A stretch of 64,000 nucleotides of DNA, taken from Bacilli bacterium. Its GTDB lineage: Bacteria > Bacillota_I > Bacilli_A > RF39 > UBA660. Position numbers and translations under genes: made by a program. Positions within the stretch are counted from its first letter, which is position 1. Every line of letters starts with the position of its first letter. The notes under the pieces are model-generated. The model had not been told where the DNA came from, did no database searches, and saw only the letters and a program-made list of their open reading frames with translations. Where the stretch lies: assembly GCA_017477845.1 (NCBI GenBank), contig JAFUTR010000031.1:15738-79737 (forward strand), given 5' to 3'. Below are positions 60,083 to 64,000 of the stretch, in pieces.

Positions 60083-60865
60083 TTAATATAATCCCCATTC
60101 AGCTAATTTTTCAAAACCACCAATTTTATTAATATATTCTTTTGCTATTTCAACAATTTCTTCATATGGTTTGCCATCAATTAATTCATCTCCTATTGCA
60201 CAACTTAATTTAACGGTCTTTTTTGTTTTTTGTGCTTTAAGAAAAGCATAAATATTAATTGATACATCAGCCTTGGATAAGTCTTTTCCATGAAGTCCAC
60301 CACCCGTAATAGACTCAGCCATATCAGAACCAAGTTTTCTATTAGTAAGACCTGAATCAGTATTAATACCACCAGTCCAATAACCTAAAGGATTAATTAT
60401 GGCATTAGGATACAATTTAAGTAATTCCTCACGTTTAGCATTACTCTGGCATATAACTAATTTATCACCATCTAAAATATATTTTCCATCATAGGGAAAC
60501 TTACTATATATTTCTCTTGCAATCAAACTAATCTTTCTATCCTCTTCTTTTAATGGTACTCCTTTAAAAATACCATTATCTCCACATCTTATTTTTCCTA
60601 TTTGATTAGATGCTAAAATAGAATCTTGTAAAACAACTAATAAATCAAGTTTTACATCACCAACAATTCTTTTAACAATATTAAATACTTCTTTTCTGGT
60701 AAATTTTTCACTAGACTCAATGATAACATGACAATTACCATGTCCTAACATAACTTCAACTGCAATTTTCGGTTTATCATTTTTTTTATAAGATAAATCA
60801 ACTAATGCACCTGCAACTCTATCTGCTATTTTATCTGGATGAGCAGGATTTACTTTTTCAATCAT
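60083..60865 (-). CDS. compact (260-aa) S-adenosylmethionine synthetase-like protein
   Basis: MetK signature blocks in the correct order but in a much shorter protein: NPAHPDKIADRVAGALVD (GHPDK block), CGDNGIFKG (GDQG block), INPLGYWTGGINTDSGLTNRKLGSD ... TGGGLHGKDLSKADVS (GRKIIVDTYGG / GGGAFSGKD..KVDRS blocks). Preceded by an S-box leader. Confidence 0.65.
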   Translation of the reverse strand: MIEKVNPAHPDKIADRVAGALVDLSYKKNDKPKIAVEVMLGHGNCHVIIESSEKFTRKEVFNIVKRIVGDVKLDLLVVLQDSILASNQIGKIRCGDNGIFKGVPLKEEDRKISLIAREIYSKFPYDGKYILDGDKLVICQSNAKREELLKLYPNAIINPLGYWTGGINTDSGLTNRKLGSDMAESITGGGLHGKDLSKADVSINIYAFLKAQKTKKTVKLSCAIGDELIDGKPYEEIVEIAKEYINKIGGFEKLAEWGLY

Positions 60866-60887
60866 AAAAATTCCTTTCTACATCCTA

Positions 60888-61008
60888 TAAAAAAATACTC
60901 AAGATAACCTTGAGTATAAAGTTATCCTATAGATCTAGCATTACCACCTAATTTAATAAGTTGGTGTGACTTCATCGGGCTAGTCCCTCCATCACTCTTT
61001 ATAAGATG
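60888..61008 (-). promoter_or_regulatory. S-box (SAM-I) riboswitch leader with intrinsic terminator, upstream of the MetK-like gene
   Basis: The minus strand reads CUUAUAAAGAGUGAUGGAGGGACUAGCCCGAUGAAGUCACACCAACUUAUUAAAUUAGGUGGUAAUGCUAGAUCUAUAGG. P1 is CUUAUA/UAUAGG. It is followed by the terminator AUACUCAAG-GUUAU-CUUGAGUAU-U7 (60889..60917). It matches the S-box core AGAG..GAGGGA..GCCCGAUGA..GGUG.UAA. Confidence 0.8.
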
Positions 61009-61039
61009 TAATTTAATTATAACAAATTCTTTAATAAAT

Positions 61040-61579
61040 TCAAATATTATTTTTAATATCATCACATATTTTGTAAGAAACATTTTCCAAAAAAGAAAGA
61101 AACTTTTTTTCCTCCAAATATTTTAGTACACCATTTTTATTTTTTTTTAAACATTCAAGATTATAAAATAAAAGATCACGATCTATATCATCATCAATTG
61201 ACAATAAAATATTTTCCAAATAAGATATATTGATATTAAACTTTTTAATAATTAAATCATTTATTATGTCATAATCATTATATATATTATCATTAATAAA
61301 AACATTATCATTTATTTCATCCAAATAATCTTCTAAATAGTAATAATCTAACATTAAATGAACGAATTTTCCTAAATCCTTCATATTATTCAAATTCAAG
61401 TTATTTTTAACAACGACTATATCAGGAATTAAATACCTTTCTCCAGCAGTTTTAAAATGACTTTTAAATTTATTTCTATACAAATCAGGTATTAAATTAC
61501 CTTTATAAAAATCTTCACTGTTTATTTTTAATAATTCACTGACTTTTTTTGCCACAGCCATATGACTTGATATATTTGG
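61040..61579 (-). CDS. hypothetical protein
   Basis: ORF trimmed to the ATG after GGAG (MPNISSHMAV...). No confident family assignment. Confidence 0.4.
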   Translation of the reverse strand, partial: PNISSHMAVAKKVSELLKINSEDFYKGNLIPDLYRNKFKSHFKTAGERYLIPDIVVVKNNLNLNNMKDLGKFVHLMLDYYYLEDYLDEINDNVFINDNIYNDYDIINDLIIKKFNINISYLENILLSIDDDIDRDLLFYNLECLKKNKNGVLKYLEEKKFLSFLENVSYKICDDIKNNI

Positions 61580-61688
61580 CATAAACTCATCTCCGATCAT
61601 AAAATATAATATCACATTGTAATAAAAAAAAATAGTTTAACTGCCCAATTCTTATTTTTTTCATGCATATACTAATTTAGGTGAAATA

Positions 61689-62483
61689 ATGATAAATACA
61701 TTTATAAATTTAAATCCAATTATACAAGCATTTATTGCAACTATTTTTACATGGTTAATAACTCTCTTAGGAGCATCACTTGTATTTTTTTTTAAAAATA
61801 TAAATAAAAATATTATGGATGGTATGCTGGGCTTTGCAGCAGGAATAATGATTTCAGCTTCTTTTTTTTCCCTTCTTTCTCCGGCAATTGAAATGGCTAA
61901 AAATCTAAAAATAAACATATGGCTCACAACTTCTATAGGATTTATCACAGGTGGACTACTACTTTTCATTGGAGATAAAATTTTTGAAAAGAAATATGAA
62001 AATAAGAAAGAAAAAAACAGTTTAAAAAGAATAATAATGTTAATTCTTTCAATTACACTTCATAATATTCCAGAAGGATTAGCAGTAGGAGTAGCATTTG
62101 GCTCAATATCATATAATTTAGACGGTGCAACAATAGGCAGTGCATGCATACTGGCATTTGGAATTGCTCTCCAAAACTTTCCAGAAGGAACAGCTGTAAG
62201 TGTCCCATTAAGAAGAGAAGGCCTTTCAAGAAACAAATCCTTTTTTTGGGGGCAATTAAGTGGAATAGTCGAACCAATTGCAGGTGTATTAGGAGCTTTA
62301 ATGGTAATAAAAATAAGACTTATACTCCCATTCATTTTATCGTTTGCAGCAGGAGCAATGATATATGTCGTTATACAAGAATTAATACCAGCAAGTCAAT
62401 CAAATGAACGAAAAGACTTAATGGCACTTTTTAGTCTTCTTGGATTTGTCACAATGATGATACTAGACATCGCTCTAACATAA
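61689..62483 (+). CDS. ZIP-family divalent metal (zinc) transporter
   Basis: Polytopic, with the HNIPEGLAVG and QNFPEGTAV motifs typical of ZupT/GufA-type ZIP proteins. Confidence 0.8.
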   Translation: MINTFINLNPIIQAFIATIFTWLITLLGASLVFFFKNINKNIMDGMLGFAAGIMISASFFSLLSPAIEMAKNLKINIWLTTSIGFITGGLLLFIGDKIFEKKYENKKEKNSLKRIIMLILSITLHNIPEGLAVGVAFGSISYNLDGATIGSACILAFGIALQNFPEGTAVSVPLRREGLSRNKSFFWGQLSGIVEPIAGVLGALMVIKIRLILPFILSFAAGAMIYVVIQELIPASQSNERKDLMALFSLLGFVTMMILDIALT

Positions 62484-62507
62484 TAAAAATGTTCTAATAG
62501 AACATTT

Positions 62508-63449
62508 TTATTTATTTATTACATTACTTTCATAAAACAATGGAAGCATTACATAACCTTTTGAGTCTAAATATTCAATTGCTTCAGGTAATATTTCTGT
62601 AGTTATAGAACTATAATCATGAAATAATATAACTTCAATATCTTGATTAATGGAAGATTTTAAATTATTCCATGCTTCCTCAGTACTTTTTAAAGAACCA
62701 CCATCTCCATCCTGTGCACTCCAATCAACCCATCCATATCCTTTTTCACGAAGTTTTTCTATAATAGAAGTCTTTAACTTTCCAGCAGTACTACTTCCTC
62801 CAGGAAATCTTACAATATTAGTTTTATATCCATCAGCATATTTTTTTACTTGATTCTCTTGATTAATTACAGCTTCAATAAAAGAATCAGCACTTTTATA
62901 AAGTCCTCTCCAAATAGCATGTGTAAAAGTATGATTTGCTATTGTATGTCCTCTTTTTACATATTCTTTATACAAAACTAAACAGTTTGTATCTTTTTTA
63001 TCATAACAATTTTCCCCATTGATAGTGGTTGTAAAAAAAGTAGCACTTACACCATATTTATCTAAAATATCTAAAACTTTATATGTATTATAATAAGGTC
63101 CATCATCAAATGTTAAATATGCTATTTTCTTATCATTTTTACCACTTATAATCTGATCTTCTAACTCTTTAATAGTTCCATAATACTTTTTCTTAGTATT
63201 AAACAATTTAGTTTCTAAATCATCTAGCTCTGTAATATTAGCCTCTATCTTTGATAGTTCTTCTTTCTTTGAAGTTAATAATACATTTTTTTCTTCTTTA
63301 AGTTTAATAATAGTCCCATTCTTTTTATCAGTCTTGTGTATTTCTGTATCAAAATAGAAATATGCTAACAAAAATATTATAGATATTAATAATAAAAAAA
63401 TAGAACTTACAATAAATAACTTTCCACTTTTTTTACTTTTTCTTCCCAT
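62508..63449 (-). CDS. polysaccharide deacetylase (NodB homology domain) with N-terminal TM and coiled coil
   Basis: YLTFDDGP, HTIANHTFTH, RFPGGS, VILFHD. Confidence 0.8.
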   Translation of the reverse strand: MGRKSKKSGKLFIVSSIFLLLISIIFLLAYFYFDTEIHKTDKKNGTIIKLKEEKNVLLTSKKEELSKIEANITELDDLETKLFNTKKKYYGTIKELEDQIISGKNDKKIAYLTFDDGPYYNTYKVLDILDKYGVSATFFTTTINGENCYDKKDTNCLVLYKEYVKRGHTIANHTFTHAIWRGLYKSADSFIEAVINQENQVKKYADGYKTNIVRFPGGSSTAGKLKTSIIEKLREKGYGWVDWSAQDGDGGSLKSTEEAWNNLKSSINQDIEVILFHDYSSITTEILPEAIEYLDSKGYVMLPLFYESNVINK

Positions 63450-63670
63450 ATCTTTAATTCCTCTAACAAACTACTATTATCAGCCTGTAATTTTCTATAT
63501 TCTTCTTCTTTTTGTTTTATTTTTTCATCTAAAAATTTTATTTCTTTATCCATTTTTGATAAATCATCAGATTCAATATTTAGATTATTATATTCTAAAT
63601 ATTTAGATATTCCAAAAAACATACAAGAAATAGAAATACACAATAAAAATATTATAATAATTTTCTTCAT
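63407..63670 (-). CDS. small membrane-anchored coiled-coil protein
   Basis: 87 aa with one TM and then a heptad-rich segment. It overlaps the deacetylase gene. Confidence 0.4.
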   Translation of the reverse strand: MKKIIIIFLLCISISCMFFGISKYLEYNNLNIESDDLSKMDKEIKFLDEKIKQKEEEYRKLQADNSSLLEELKIWEEKVKKVESYLL

Positions 63671-63777
63671 ATTATCACCAAATACATTCTATATCATAAT
63701 TATTTTTTTTTCAACATTTCACACAAAAATTGACTTTTAATTGTTTATTGCTTATACTTTTATTATTGGTGATAATT

Positions 63778-64000
63778 ATGGAATTTATAGAAAACGTTGA
63801 AAAAAATAAATATGAAAAATTTGTTAAAAATCATAAATTAAAATCTCATTTTTTGCAAAGCTATGCCTGGGGAGAATTTTCAAAAAAATGCAAAAATTTT
63901 ACTCCACATTATGTAGGATTAATAGATGAAAAGAAAAATCTTCATGCAACAGCATTACTTCTTGAAAAAAAATTACCTTTAGGATATAGTTATTTTTACT
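63778..64000 (+). CDS. FemAB-family peptidoglycan interpeptide aminoacyltransferase; 3' end lies outside the window
   Basis: My translation from the ATG at 63778 gives MEFIENVEKNKYEKFVKNHKLKSHFLQSYAWGEFSKK ... HYVGLIDEKKNLHATALLLEKKLPLGYSYFY, the typical FemX/FemA N-terminus (FLQS..WG). Confidence 0.7.
   Translation, partial: MEFIENVEKNKYEKFVKNHKLKSHFLQSYAWGEFSKKCKNFTPHYVGLIDEKKNLHATALLLEKKLPLGYSYFY

Noticed and set aside
61661-62407. Track ORFs 61661..61969 (-), 62053..62277 (-), 62060..62335 (-) and 62144..62407 (+), which overlap the ZIP transporter gene.
   Set aside because: All lie antisense to, or out of frame within, a gene with clear ZIP motifs (HNIPEGLAVG, QNFPEG). None has an RBS or a recognisable motif.
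1-64000. CRISPR arrays, rRNA genes, and additional tRNAs.
   Set aside because: Reading both strands, I found no regularly spaced direct repeats of CRISPR type and no rRNA-like stretches. The only cloverleaf I could fold is tRNA-Trp at 35303..35376. A tRNAscan or cmsearch run would be needed to be certain.

Overview
A visibly very AT-rich (not computed) chromosome segment from a spore-forming Firmicute. It encodes an alpha/beta-type SASP, uses the standard genetic code and has a tRNA-Trp(CCA).

Positions 1-28.6 kb and 56.5-64 kb look like ordinary core genome, mostly on the minus strand. Recognisable genes include a GH13 amylase, thiI, two LtaS-family enzymes, a degenerate GGDEF protein, gatCAB, fhs, dxs, PrsW, rubrerythrin, a sirtuin, an OatA-like acyltransferase, an S-box-controlled compact MetK-like gene, a ZIP transporter, a NodB deacetylase and FemAB.

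Positions 28.6-56.5 kb are accessory and contain two large-serine-recombinase regions.

(1) About 28.7-35.4 kb lies next to tRNA-Trp. It carries a NERD/HRDC protein, two paralogous XRE-TM genes (one with an in-frame TAA) and a 641-aa serine recombinase. A 3.2-kb part of it is bracketed by two inverted, roughly 190-bp structured repeats.

(2) A 17.16-kb insertion (36680..53842) splits an Amidase_3/5xLysM cell-wall hydrolase gene exactly at a 7-bp direct repeat flanked by 11-bp inverted repeats. Its cargo is:
- a second large serine recombinase;
- a MobV-type relaxase with an in-frame TGA, plus candidate oriT palindromes;
- a Hachiman-like pair (HamA/HamB);
- a Fic protein;
- an uncharacterised two-gene module with an RNxxxH (HEPN-like) motif;
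- a LlaJI-like restriction-modification operon: a fused double m5C methyltransferase, a McrB-like GTPase with two extra N-terminal reader-like modules, and a McrC-like nuclease.

The most unusual observation is that this R-M operon is preceded by an S-box (SAM-I-like) riboswitch leader with its own terminator. That leader is closely related to the host S-box leader upstream of the MetK-like gene 11.7 kb away.

There are three in-frame stops (TAA, TGA, TAG) and one homopolymer frameshift in otherwise intact genes. I saw no CRISPR array and no rRNA.
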